The notes beneath the pieces are model-generated. The model ran no database searches. It was not told where the DNA came from and worked only from the letters and a program-made list of their open reading frames with translations. Below are positions 10,436 through 20,395 of a stretch of DNA of 64,000 nt, piece by piece. The stretch comes from Chloroflexota bacterium. Its GTDB lineage: Bacteria > Chloroflexota > UBA6077 > SHYK01. A program made the translations under genes and the position numbers. The stretch lies in the NCBI GenBank assembly GCA_009692845.1, contig SHYK01000006.1, positions 16,534 through 80,533 of the forward strand. Reading direction: 5' to 3'. Numbering within the stretch: position 1 is the first letter of the stretch; every line of letters starts with the position of its first letter.

Positions 10436-13400
10436 TCCGGCCGATTGTTCAACTCATCGTCCAGCTCGTAGAGGGCCTTCTCCAGCAAATTCGCCTGCAG
10501 TAGCTGATGCAAATTTTCGCTGTTGCGGGGAACGAAGGGCGCATCGGCGGCGGTGGACAGATAGCCCCGGAGAAAGGCCGCGCTGGCCCAAATGCTCCAA
10601 TACCGCGCCCAGGGTTCAAGCTTGGGAACATCGCCCGGGCGCCCAGCCCGTTCTTGCTCCTTGATGAGCCCGTGCTGAGCCGCATATTCGAAAGAACGCA
10701 GCATGCCCGCCACATCCCGGAGCGCGCTCCGCTTGAGTCGTCGCTCGCTCAACGGACGGGTCGGCTCGCCTTCGACATCGATGAAATAGAAGTCGCCACT
10801 GGTGTAGAGCACTTGCCTCAGATGGAGATCGCCATGCTGTCGCATTCGCACGACGCGGATTAGCGGCCCCAATAAGAAGCTGAAGCGGTCGAGAAGCTGC
10901 TCTTCCAGTCCGATCAGCCGCTCGGCGTCGGGTCGGACATCGGCGGGTAGACGCGGGACCTGCTGGCGGAGGGCTTGAAGGGCCAGAATCGCCGCGCGCC
11001 GGTAGGTCTGGTACAGAGATCGCTGGTAAAAGGGGGTAAAGGGTTCGGGCACGAAAGCCCGGTCGTCGCTTTCAGACGCCAGGGCGACATGCATTTCCGC
11101 CGTACGTTGGCCAAGTAAGCGCGCGGTCTTCAGGTAGGGCCCAACGGCCGAATAAGCGTCCGCCGGGAGGTCAGCCGCCGCGAGATCGACCAACCTCGCG
11201 GCGGCTGACCTGGCGCTACCAGATCGGGCTGGGCCAGCACGCGCTCGAAATAGGTCGCCAGTTCGCCGAGGGTATTTTCCCAGGCATTGCCTTGATTCGG
11301 CACAAATTCTTCGAGAACGGCGACCGCTCTCGGCGGTCGGTGGCTCATTCGGTATTCGACATATCCACCCACAGCAGGAACCCGACGAAATTTGCTGCGT
11401 TCACTCAGAAATCGTCCAACTTCGAGATCCGGGTTCACTCCCTCGTCGGCGCGGCGGAAGAATTTCAAAATCATCTTTCCGCTATCGACCGCTGATGGGT
11501 TGCGGTGCTCGGCCTTCGCCACAACGGGATCGAGTGAGTCATCCGGCCGTCCCCGCATCGCGGCCAGCGCTCGCGTCGCCACGCCGATCACTTCACCGGT
11601 CTGGCCCCGGTGGTGGCGTCGGCCTGCGATGGCTTGCAGGAACATCCCACAGAAATCGGCATCGGAGGTCGCGTCGATCAACAGCATTTCACCTGCGCCG
11701 GATAGCCGGCTATCTAGCCGCGCGATCACTGCCTGCGGCGTCTCGCTACGCACATGCTCGGCCCGGTCGCCGCTGACCGCGGTTATCGGCAATACGTAGG
11801 TCTCCGGCTCCGAGTCGAGATAGTCCACACCGACCGTCAGCACGAAGGCCGCCGGATGCCCGACGGGCATAACCATCGGAACGACATCCTGGATTGTCAC
11901 GCTTTGGACTGCCCGGGCTTTCCCGCCAAACCACCGCCTTCCGGCGAGGTAGGCGGGAAGGATGGCTTCCAGTCGGGCCTTCTGTCGGCCGGCCAGAAGC
12001 GAAGGCCAGGTTCCGTTGACGCTCAGGGTCGGGAAACTGCTCGAGGCCGGCGACGAAGGCAGCATGTCGGCGGGCGTTGTTTCCAGCCGGAACCAGAAGA
12101 ATGTGTGGGGCGCCAGGGTCAGCAAATACGGTGCATCGGTAATCGGCGGAAATCCGGAGCAGCTCCACGGGAATGGTGCCGGACCAGTCCCTGAGATCCA
12201 AGTGCACGACCTGAGCAAAGCGAGAGAGGTTGGCCACGGCGAGGATGCGCTCCTCTTGCCAGGACCGGGCGAAGGCCAAGACCCGCGGGTTGTCCGGGCT
12301 CAGAAACTGAATCGCCCCCTTCCCGAAGGCTGGATGGCGCTTACGGAGGGCGATGAGACGCTTCATCCACGACAAGTGTGAATGGGGATTCGACTGTTGC
12401 GCCTCAACGTTGAGGGCCTCGTAGTGATATTCGGGGTCGACGATAGCAGGGAGATAGAGGCGCTGGGCATTCGCTCTGGAGAACCCGGCGTTGCGATCGG
12501 AGCTCCACTGCATTGGTGTTCGGACGCCGTTCCGGTCGGCCAGGTGGATGTTGTCCCCCATCCCGATCTCGTCGCCGTAGTAGATGACCGGAGTGCCAGG
12601 CAGGGACAGCAGGAGGGCGTTCATCAGCTCGATTCGGCGCCGGTGATTCCCGAGCAGCGGGGCGAGTCGGCGCCGAATGCCGAGATTGATGCGGGCCTCG
12701 GGATCCTGGGCGTATACCCGATACATATAGTCGCGGTCCTCGTCGGTCACCATCTCGAGTGTGAGCTCATCATGGTTGCGGAGAAAGAGCGCCCACTGGC
12801 AGGCGTCGGGAATGCTGGGCGTCTGCCGAAGGATGTCCACAATTGGGAATCGATCCTCAGTGCGCAGCCCCATGAAGAGGCGGGGCATGAGCGGGAAATA
12901 GAAGGACATGTGGCACTCGTCCCCATTTCCGAAGTAGGAGGCGGCTTCGTCGGGCCATTGGTTGGCTTCGGCTAGCAGCATGCGGCCCGGATAGCTCTGC
13001 TCCATGTGCTGGCGGAGCTCCCGCAAAAAAAGCGTGGGTTTCGGGCAGGTTTTCGCAGCTAGTCCCCTCTTGCTCGTACAGGTAGGGGATCGCGTCCAGC
13101 CGCATCCCATCGACGCCCATATCCAGCCAGAAATCCATGACTTGCAGAACGGCCCGCCTTACGTGTGCCGAACGAAAGTTCAGATCCGGCTGATGGGAGT
13201 AGAACCGGTGCCAGTAATACGCCTGCGCAACCGGATCCCAAGCCCAGTTGGATGTCTCGAAGTCTTGAAAAATGACTCGCGCTTCTTGAAACCGATCCGG
13301 CCGATCGGACCAGACGTAGAAGTCCCGCCAGCGTGAGCCCGGGGCGGCTCGGCGGGCGCGCTGGAACCAGGGATGCTGATCGGAGGTGTGGTTTGATCAC

Positions 13401-13724
13401 CAGCTCGGTAATGATCCGCAGCCCCCGATCGTGAGCCTCATGGATCAAACGGCGAAAATCCTGCAGAGTCCCGTAGGCGGGGTGCACGCCGCGATAGTCG
13501 ACGATATCGTAGCCGTCATCCTTGAGCGGAGATGGATAGAACGGAGGCAGCCAGATCGCCGTAACCCCGAGATCTTGGATGTAATCCAGCTTCTCGGTGA
13601 GCCCGCGGAGGTCTCCAACCCCGTCGCCATCACTGTCAAAGAAGGCCCGCACCGGGACCTCGTAGATGACGGCGTCCTTGTACCAGAGCGGGTCGGCTTC
13701 AGAGAGATAGCCGTTCTCACTCAT
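10384..13724 (-). pseudogene. treS: trehalose synthase / maltokinase fusion (TreS-Mak/Pep2) with four frame disruptions
   Basis: Five ORF pieces in different frames tile one TreS-Mak protein, from MSENGYLSEADPLWYKDAVIYEV...RIITELVI. The four junctions are:
- Extra base in the T3 run at 13392-13394, then NHTSDQHPWFQRARR...ENLPETHAF.
- Extra base in the A7 run at 13025-13031, then LRELRQHMEQSYPGRMLLAEANQW...IPVELL.
- Extra base at GG 12156-12157, then GFPPITDAPYLLTLAPHTFFWFRLE...RRWFGGKAR...YFERVLAQPDLVAP.
- Junction at 11168-11211, then LAAADLP...HGDLHLRQVL...IDVEGEP...LLGES. Confidence 0.8.
11168..11211. repeat. perfect 17-bp inverted repeat with a 10-nt loop, inside the mak coding sequence at a frame junction
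   Basis: aggtcagccgccgcgag (11168-11184), loop atcgaccaac, ctcgcggcggctgacct (11195-11211). Read directly from the sequence. Confidence 0.9.
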
Positions 13725-13846
13725 GAGGTTCCAGCCAGTCTGACTCCTGCCGTTGTTGCCATGCTTGGGGAATATGCACGAAAAGGGCAGCGTGCGCATC
13801 CGGATGGGAGTGGGCGGACTCCCGCCAATGCTCCACAATACTGAGC

Positions 13847-14758
13847 ATGCGAATCGTAGATGCTTTGGCGGGCGGCCGGCGCACCTTTTCCTTCGAGTTC
13901 TTTCCCCCAAGAACGGGCGAGGGCGTCCAGGCTTTGTTCAAGACGGTTGTCGACCTGGCTCCGCTGAAGCCGTCATTTGTTTCGGTGACCTATGGGGCGG
14001 GCGGAAGCACCCGCGATCTCACAGTGGACCTGGTAACCCGGATCAAGAATGAGGTGGGCCTGGAGTCGATGGCCCACCTGACCTGCGTCGGGCACAGCGC
14101 CGCCGAGATCGCGGGGATCCTGGACACCCTCCAAGCGCGGGGCATCGAGAACGTGCTTCCACTCCGGGGGGACCCACCCCGGGGTGAGATCCAGTTCGTG
14201 AAACCAGCCGACGGTTTCAGCTACGCCCAGGAGCTCGTGCGGTTCATCCGGCCCCGCTATCAATTTTGCCTCGGGGGAGCCTGCTACCCGGAAGGCCACC
14301 CCGAGAGCCTGGATCGGGAGGCGGATCTGGAGCACCTTTGCCAGAAGGTCAAGTCCGGCGTCGATTTCCTGATCACGCAGCTCTTCTTCGACCCGGACCT
14401 GTATTTCCAGTTCCTCGAAAGAGCGGCGGCGCGCGGCATTTCGGTTCCGATTATTCCCGGAGTGATGCCGGTCACGAATGTCAGCCAGATCGAGCGATTC
14501 ACCTCGATTATTGGGGCATCTATTCCCGCCAAACTAAAAAGCCGGCTCGACGCAGTGCGGGACGATGAAGCGGCGGTGGTAGCGACCGGCATTGAATGGG
14601 CAACCGAGCAGTGCCGCCGACTGTTGGACGGAGGAGCTCCGGGGATCCATTTCTACACCCTCAACAAATCACTCTCAACCCGGACCGTCTACCAGAACCT
14701 CAACCGCGACATCCCGAACGAGCCTCCGGAACGGAGTCAGCCGACGTTGCCACAATGA
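13847..14758 (+). CDS. metF: 5,10-methylenetetrahydrofolate reductase
   Basis: 303 aa with FSFEFFPPRT, VTYGAGGSTR, HLTCVG and ITQLFFD motifs. Its stop overlaps the gcvT start (ATGA). Confidence 0.9.
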   Translation: MRIVDALAGGRRTFSFEFFPPRTGEGVQALFKTVVDLAPLKPSFVSVTYGAGGSTRDLTVDLVTRIKNEVGLESMAHLTCVGHSAAEIAGILDTLQARGIENVLPLRGDPPRGEIQFVKPADGFSYAQELVRFIRPRYQFCLGGACYPEGHPESLDREADLEHLCQKVKSGVDFLITQLFFDPDLYFQFLERAAARGISVPIIPGVMPVTNVSQIERFTSIIGASIPAKLKSRLDAVRDDEAAVVATGIEWATEQCRRLLDGGAPGIHFYTLNKSLSTRTVYQNLNRDIPNEPPERSQPTLPQ

Positions 14759-15891
14759 CGGAAACCGCGTTGCGTGAGACTCCACTGAGCCAGGCGCATG
14801 ATGCGCGCGGCGCCAGGATGGTTGCCTTCGGCGGCTGGCGAATGCCCCTCCAATATCAGGGCATCCTCGCCGAGCATTTACACACCCGCGCGGCGGCCGG
14901 CCTATTCGACCTCTCACACATGGGACGCCTCTCGATCACCGGTCCTCAAGCCCTCGACTTGATCCAGCGGGCGGCCACCAACGACGCCTCTCGACTCCGA
15001 GTCGGGGCGGCTCAATATTCGCTCTTGTGTAACGAAGCGGGCGGCGTCATTGATGACATCCTGGTGTACCGAGCGACGGCTGGCTGGCGACTAATGGTGA
15101 ATGCATCCAACCGCGAGCGGGTGGTGGCCCATCTGGAGGCACTTCGAGAACAGCACGAGTATCAGGCCGACCTCGACGATCGCACGATGAGCACTGTACT
15201 GCTCGGCCTGCAGGGACCCGACAGCCTGGCCGTGCTTCAACCGCTGGTGCAAAGCGATCTGGAGGCGCTGCGGTACTACCATTTCGTCGACACCGAGCTA
15301 GCTGACGGCCTGGGACCAGCTTCCATCTCCCGGAGCGGATACACGGGGGAAGACGGATTCGAGATCACGATGGACGGAGGGGACGCTCCGGCACTCTGGA
15401 CTCGGCTGCTCGCCGATGACCGGGTCCAGCCGGTCGGGCTCGGCGCTCGGGATACGCTCAGGCTCGAGGCGGGCATGGCCCTGTACGGCCACGAGCTAGG
15501 CGAAACGATCACCCCCTATGAGGCCAACCTGGGTCGGGTGGTGCGGCTGGATAAAGGTCCCTTCGTCGGAAGCGAAGCGCTGGCGCGCCTGGCCGGCCAG
15601 GCCGTAGCCCGACTCCTGGTGGGCATCACGCTCGAGCGTGGCAGCGTTCCTCGCCAGGGGAATCTCCTCCAGGTGGGCCAGAAAACGATCGGGGCCATCG
15701 CCAGCGGGACCTTCTCGCCAACGCTCAAGCACCCGATCGCCACCGTCTTTGTTCCGCCGGCTTATGCCGCGCCGGGCACGGAATTGGGGGTTCTGATTCG
15801 TGACTCCGCAGCCCCGGCCCGTGTCGTATCATTGCCTTTCGTCAGCCACCAAACGAAAGTGCGTCCCCCTGGGGATGGCCTGCCGAATTAG
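14755..15891 (+). CDS. gcvT: glycine cleavage system aminomethyltransferase (T protein)
   Basis: Start taken at ATG 14755 (MTETALRETPLSQAHDARGARMVAFGGWRMPLQY...FDLSHMGRL...GYTGEDGFEI). ORF 14596..15891 extends upstream without similarity. Confidence 0.9.
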   Translation: MTETALRETPLSQAHDARGARMVAFGGWRMPLQYQGILAEHLHTRAAAGLFDLSHMGRLSITGPQALDLIQRAATNDASRLRVGAAQYSLLCNEAGGVIDDILVYRATAGWRLMVNASNRERVVAHLEALREQHEYQADLDDRTMSTVLLGLQGPDSLAVLQPLVQSDLEALRYYHFVDTELADGLGPASISRSGYTGEDGFEITMDGGDAPALWTRLLADDRVQPVGLGARDTLRLEAGMALYGHELGETITPYEANLGRVVRLDKGPFVGSEALARLAGQAVARLLVGITLERGSVPRQGNLLQVGQKTIGAIASGTFSPTLKHPIATVFVPPAYAAPGTELGVLIRDSAAPARVVSLPFVSHQTKVRPPGDGLPN

Positions 15892-15927
15892 CCCTCCAGG
15901 CACGGCTGGCATCGCTGAAATGAGGCC

Positions 15928-16320
15928 ATGATCGAACCGGATGAAATCCCGAGCGACCGCCGTTACACGCCCGAGCATGAATGGGCGCGGCGGGAGGGCG
16001 ACGTCGTCGCAGTCGGCATTACCGAATACGCGCAGCATGAGCTAGGCGACGTCGTTTACCCAGATCTTCCGGAAGTAGGCACCCACGTGGTGGCCATGGA
16101 AGAGTTCGGTGCATTGGAAAGCGTGAAAGCCGCTTCGGATATTTTCGCGCCGGTCACCGGCGAGGTCATCGAGCGCAATGAAGGCCTCATCGAGCATCCT
16201 GAATGGATCAATGACTCGCCCTATGACCTCGGCTGGATCGTGCGGATCCGCATGGACAACCCCAGCGAATTCGACGCCCTGCTCGACGCCGCCGCCTACC
16301 GAGCGCACCTCGACGGCTAA
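15928..16320 (+). CDS. gcvH: glycine cleavage system H protein
   Basis: 130 aa with YTPEHEWAR and the lipoyl-lysine context LESVKAASDIFAPVTGEV. Confidence 0.9.
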   Translation: MIEPDEIPSDRRYTPEHEWARREGDVVAVGITEYAQHELGDVVYPDLPEVGTHVVAMEEFGALESVKAASDIFAPVTGEVIERNEGLIEHPEWINDSPYDLGWIVRIRMDNPSEFDALLDAAAYRAHLDG

Positions 16321-16343
16321 CCTAGATTGAAGATGGGCGTCCG

Positions 16344-17696
16344 GTGACCTTCGTGCCTCTAACCGAGTCCGAGCGCACGGAGATGCTCGGTGCCCTCGGA
16401 CTCTCGCACGTCGAAGACCTTTTTGCCCTCATTCCAGCCGCAAGCCGCTTCCCGGAGATCCCGATCGGCCCAGCTCTTACCGAAATGGAAGCGGTCGGGT
16501 TAGTTGAGAGTCTGGCCGACCGAAACCGATCAGTGGCACGCGCCCCATTTTTCCTCGGCGCCGGAGCCTATCGCCACTTCATCCCAGCCGCCATCGGAAC
16601 CGTGACCAGCCGGAGTGAGTTCAGCACCTCCTACACGCCATATCAGCCAGAGGTGAGCCAGGGCACCCTGCAGTCGCTCTTCGAGTTCCAGAGCGCCATC
16701 TGTGACATCACCGGGATGGACGTCACCAACGCTTCGGTTTATGACGGGGCGACGGCCGTGGCCGAAGCCGCACTGATGGCGATGCGTCTGACCGGGCGCG
16801 GCCGGGTCGTGGTGGCTGGCTCGGTGCACCCGCACTATCGGGAGGTGCTGCGCACCTACACCGCCCCCCGAGGGGTCGATCTCTACACCACGACCGTGTC
16901 CGCCGGCTCCGTTTTGTCTGAAGAGGACATCGCGGCGGCTGTGGATGGGAACACTGCCTGCTGCATCGTGAGCCAGCCGACTTTTTTTGGCGAGATTCGC
17001 GACTTGAGGCCAATTGTTGAAGCTGCGCACGCGGCCGGCGCGCTGGTCGTCGAAGCCTACAACCCAACCTCGCTCGGGCTGCTGCGCCCACCGGGCGCCT
17101 GGGACGTCGACATCGCGGTTGGGGAAGGCCAACCGTTGGGGATCCCGCTCTCCTTCGGCGGTCCTTATGTCGGGCTGATGTCGTGCCGAGAGAGCCTGGT
17201 TCGCCAGCTACCGGGCCGGATTGCTGGGGCCGCCAGTGATAGCCAGGGCCGCCGCGGTTATGTGCTCACACTCCAGGCGCGGGAGCAGCACATCCGCCGA
17301 GAAAAGGCGACCTCCAATATTTGCACCTCGCAGGGATTGATTGCCCTGACTGCTTTGCTCTACCTGGCCCTCCTCGGTCCGGCTGGATTGCGAGCCGTCG
17401 CCGAGAGCTGCTGTGAGACCGCACGTTACGCGGCGGACCAGCTCGGAGGCATTCGAGGGGTCGAGGTCGTCACGCCGCGCCCGTTCTTCCACGAGTTTGC
17501 CGTTCGCACACCGCTTCCGGCCGCGGCCGTGAATCGGCGCCTGGCGGAGCACGATATCATCGGAGGCTACGATCTGGGTTGCGCCTATTCGGAGCTACGG
17601 GATTGTCTCCTGCTCTGCTGCACCGAAATGACCACTCGTGGGCAGATCGACCTGCTGGCCGGGGCCATCGCCGAAATCGTCAAGGGGGCTGGATGA
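16344..17696 (+). CDS. gcvPA: glycine dehydrogenase (decarboxylating) subunit 1
   Basis: 450 aa with FLGAGAYRHFIPAA, YTPYQPEVSQGTLQ and REQHIRREKATSNICT. GTG start. Confidence 0.9.
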   Translation: MTFVPLTESERTEMLGALGLSHVEDLFALIPAASRFPEIPIGPALTEMEAVGLVESLADRNRSVARAPFFLGAGAYRHFIPAAIGTVTSRSEFSTSYTPYQPEVSQGTLQSLFEFQSAICDITGMDVTNASVYDGATAVAEAALMAMRLTGRGRVVVAGSVHPHYREVLRTYTAPRGVDLYTTTVSAGSVLSEEDIAAAVDGNTACCIVSQPTFFGEIRDLRPIVEAAHAAGALVVEAYNPTSLGLLRPPGAWDVDIAVGEGQPLGIPLSFGGPYVGLMSCRESLVRQLPGRIAGAASDSQGRRGYVLTLQAREQHIRREKATSNICTSQGLIALTALLYLALLGPAGLRAVAESCCETARYAADQLGGIRGVEVVTPRPFFHEFAVRTPLPAAAVNRRLAEHDIIGGYDLGCAYSELRDCLLLCCTEMTTRGQIDLLAGAIAEIVKGAG

Positions 17697-19126
17697 CCGA
17701 GCCGCTGCTGCGCGAACTGTCCCGCCCGGGTCGTCCGACGCTGGCCATCGGGCGGCCGGACGTGCCCGCGACGGCGCTCGATATCCCGGAGGCGCTGCTC
17801 CGGGATAACCTTCCGCTTCCCGAGGTGGGGGAGCTGGAGGTAGTGCGGCACTTTACGCGGCTCTCTCAGCTCAATTTCTCGATCGACACCACCTTCTATC
17901 CGCTGGGCTCCTGCACCATGAAATACAACCCAAAGGTGAACGACGCCATGGCTGCACTTCCGGGAATGCGGAACATCCATCCGCTGCAGCCGGAAGCGAG
18001 CGTGCAGGGCGCGCTCCAGCTCATCCACGAGCTTCAGGATCTGCTGGCTAAGATCACCGGCTTCGACGGGGTCAGCCTTACTCCAGCGGCGGGCGCTCAC
18101 GGTGAGCTGGCGGGAATGCTGATGATCCGGGCCGCTCACGAAGCGAATGGAGACGGGGAGCGCCGGCGGCGGGTGATCATTCCTGACTCCGCCCACGGGA
18201 CCAATCCGGCCACCGCCGCGATGGCCGGCTACCAGGTGTCCTCGGTTCGTTCGGATGCGCGCGGCAACGTCGATCTGGCCGCGCTTCGAAAGCTGCTCGA
18301 TGACGACGTGGCCGGGCTCATGATCACAGTACCCAGCACGCTGGGGCTCTTCGACGAGGCGATGCTGGAAGTCAGCCAGTTGATCCACGAAGCCGGCGGC
18401 CTGGTTTATGGCGATGGGGCCAATCTCAACGCGCTGCTCGGCATCGTCCGTCCCCGGGAGCTGGGCCTCGACCTGATGCATTCGAATCTGCACAAGACCT
18501 TCACGACCCCGCACGGCGGCGGCGGGCCTGGAGCCAGCGCAATCTGCGCCACCGAAGCGCTGGTGCCGTTCTTACCGTTGCCGGTCGCCGCTCGACGCTT
18601 CGACGGCAGCTTTTACCTGGACGAGGATCGTCCGCAATCGATTGGCCGCTTGGGCTCGTTCCAGGGCCATTTCGGCATGCTGGTCCGCGCCTACACGTAC
18701 ATCCGAATGGTCGGCGCGGACGGCCTCCATGAGGTCAGCGAGGCGGCGGTTCTCAACGCGAACTACTTGCGCCAGCGACTCTCCGAGGCCTTCAACGTTG
18801 CCTACGACCGCGCCTGCATGCACGAGGTCGTGCTGTCCGGGCTGCGCGGCAATCAGGTCAGAACGATTGACGTCGCCAAGCGGCTGCTCGACTATGGCGT
18901 CCATCCACCGACGATCTACTTTCCGCTGGTCGTCCCCGAGGCGCTCATGATCGAGCCCACCGAGACGGAGACGAAAGCGACGCTGGATGCCTTCGTCGAT
19001 GCGATGCTCGCGATCGCCGAGGAAGCCGAGCGGGATCCGGAGCTGGCGCGATCGGCGCCCCACACTACCCCAATCGGTCGCCTGGACGAGACCGCCGCCG
19101 CCCGCAACCCCGTTCTGCACTGGTAG
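17693..19126 (+). CDS. gcvPB: glycine dehydrogenase (decarboxylating) subunit 2
   Basis: Start at ATG 17693 overlaps the gcvPA stop (ATGA). Motifs YPLGSCTMKYNP and NLHKTFTTPHGGGGPG (PLP lysine). Confidence 0.9.
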   Translation: MTEPLLRELSRPGRPTLAIGRPDVPATALDIPEALLRDNLPLPEVGELEVVRHFTRLSQLNFSIDTTFYPLGSCTMKYNPKVNDAMAALPGMRNIHPLQPEASVQGALQLIHELQDLLAKITGFDGVSLTPAAGAHGELAGMLMIRAAHEANGDGERRRRVIIPDSAHGTNPATAAMAGYQVSSVRSDARGNVDLAALRKLLDDDVAGLMITVPSTLGLFDEAMLEVSQLIHEAGGLVYGDGANLNALLGIVRPRELGLDLMHSNLHKTFTTPHGGGGPGASAICATEALVPFLPLPVAARRFDGSFYLDEDRPQSIGRLGSFQGHFGMLVRAYTYIRMVGADGLHEVSEAAVLNANYLRQRLSEAFNVAYDRACMHEVVLSGLRGNQVRTIDVAKRLLDYGVHPPTIYFPLVVPEALMIEPTETETKATLDAFVDAMLAIAEEAERDPELARSAPHTTPIGRLDETAAARNPVLHW

Positions 19127-19299
19127 TGGGGCGTCGCGGCGGGGCCAAACGCTGTGATGCGGAGCCGCGACAGCCGCGCCTGGGCTTTACCGCCTGATCT
19201 GGAAGAAAACATACGCGAGGCTTATAGCATGATGATCGAGCCCGACCCCGCCGAGCCCCATCCCCGATTGCGAACCAAAGACATCACCGTTGAAGTCGG

Positions 19300-20313
19300 T
19301 TGAGGCGCGGCGTCTTCATCCGCGAGTTCATTGCTGCCGCCACAAGGCGTAACAAGGTGGTGCGGCTCCCCATTCTTTCAGCGGCGTTGCTCGTTCTGGT
19401 CCTTTCACTCGGCGTGAGCCGGCTGGGCGCCGAAACCACGAGTGAACCACCCTCGCCTCGAGTCGAGCTCCAGGCGGCCGGGCCTGTCGAGGCATCACCT
19501 CTAGTAGAGACCGTCGCGGACATGAACCCGAGTCCGGAGCCTGCCTTGACGCCCCAGGACAGCACTAAAGCCCGCTGGGCGCCCGAGCCCGGGACGGCCG
19601 GGTCCATCATTGGATCTTCGCAGGGCGGGCAACCGCTGGTGATCAACCATCTGGGGGATGGCGCTTCACCCGTGCTGATTCTGGGCGGGCAGCACGGAGG
19701 CCCGGAGGAGAACACCGTCCGCCTGGTCGTCCAGCTTTTGGACTACTTTGGCCGGAATCCGGATACCATTCCCGCCAACCTCCGCCTCGACGTGCTCTCG
19801 GTGGCGAACCCGGACGGGCGCGCCCATGGCAGCCGCCAGTTCCTGAGCGGCGTCGACCCGAATCGAAACTGGGGCGGCCGGGACTGGGCCTCCGATGGAT
19901 GGGACAGCAACGCCGTTTTCCGGCGCGGTCTGGGCGGACCGGAACCATTCTCGGAACCAGAAACCCAGGCGCTTCGGGACTACGTGGCTCTTTCTCGCCC
20001 GGTCCTCGTGGTGAATTACCACAGCCGGGGCGGATTCATCTTCGGTGGCAACGGCCCCCAGGGCGGATCGATCGCCGACGCCTACAGCGAGGCGAGCGGC
20101 TATTTTCGGCCGCGACCGGGCGGCGGTGGCGGGAGTGTAGCCGCCCCGAGCGTGCTGGGCTACCGGGCGACCGGAAGTATGAACGCTTGGCTAGGGGACG
20201 AAGGCTACCGGGGAATGCTAATCGAGCTGGCCACCTCTTTTGATGCCGAGTTCAGCCGAAATTTGGCCGGCCTGCGTTCAGCGCTAGCCGCCCTGGCCGA
20301 GGAAGCGGAGTAA
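19300..20313 (+). CDS. secreted M14-family zinc carboxypeptidase
   Basis: 337 aa with an N-terminal hydrophobic signal, GGQHGGPEENT, VANPDG, DPNRNW and FSEPET motifs. Confidence 0.75.
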   Translation: MRRGVFIREFIAAATRRNKVVRLPILSAALLVLVLSLGVSRLGAETTSEPPSPRVELQAAGPVEASPLVETVADMNPSPEPALTPQDSTKARWAPEPGTAGSIIGSSQGGQPLVINHLGDGASPVLILGGQHGGPEENTVRLVVQLLDYFGRNPDTIPANLRLDVLSVANPDGRAHGSRQFLSGVDPNRNWGGRDWASDGWDSNAVFRRGLGGPEPFSEPETQALRDYVALSRPVLVVNYHSRGGFIFGGNGPQGGSIADAYSEASGYFRPRPGGGGGSVAAPSVLGYRATGSMNAWLGDEGYRGMLIELATSFDAEFSRNLAGLRSALAALAEEAE

Positions 20314-20350
20314 GGTCGCCGGCCCGCATTTGGGGGGCGGCCCTCACCCT

Positions 20351-20377
20351 CCCGCGCCCATTGCGATGGGCGCGGGG
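20351..20377. terminator. GC-rich hairpin between convergent genes (M14 peptidase and dedA)
   Basis: cccgcgcccat-tgcg-atgggcgcggg forms an 11-bp perfect stem with a 4-nt loop. No clear U-tract. Confidence 0.5.
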
Positions 20378-20395
20378 TAAACCCGTCAGGCCGGA

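Noticed and set aside
13725-13846. Glycine, THF, SAM or ZTP riboswitch upstream of the metF-gcvTH-PAB operon.
   Set aside because: The 122-nt spacer has only small hairpins (gggagt/actccc, atgctc/gagcat). It has nothing resembling the GGAGAG...CACCGAAGGGGCAA...CUCUCAGG glycine-aptamer core or the other consensus cores as I remember them.
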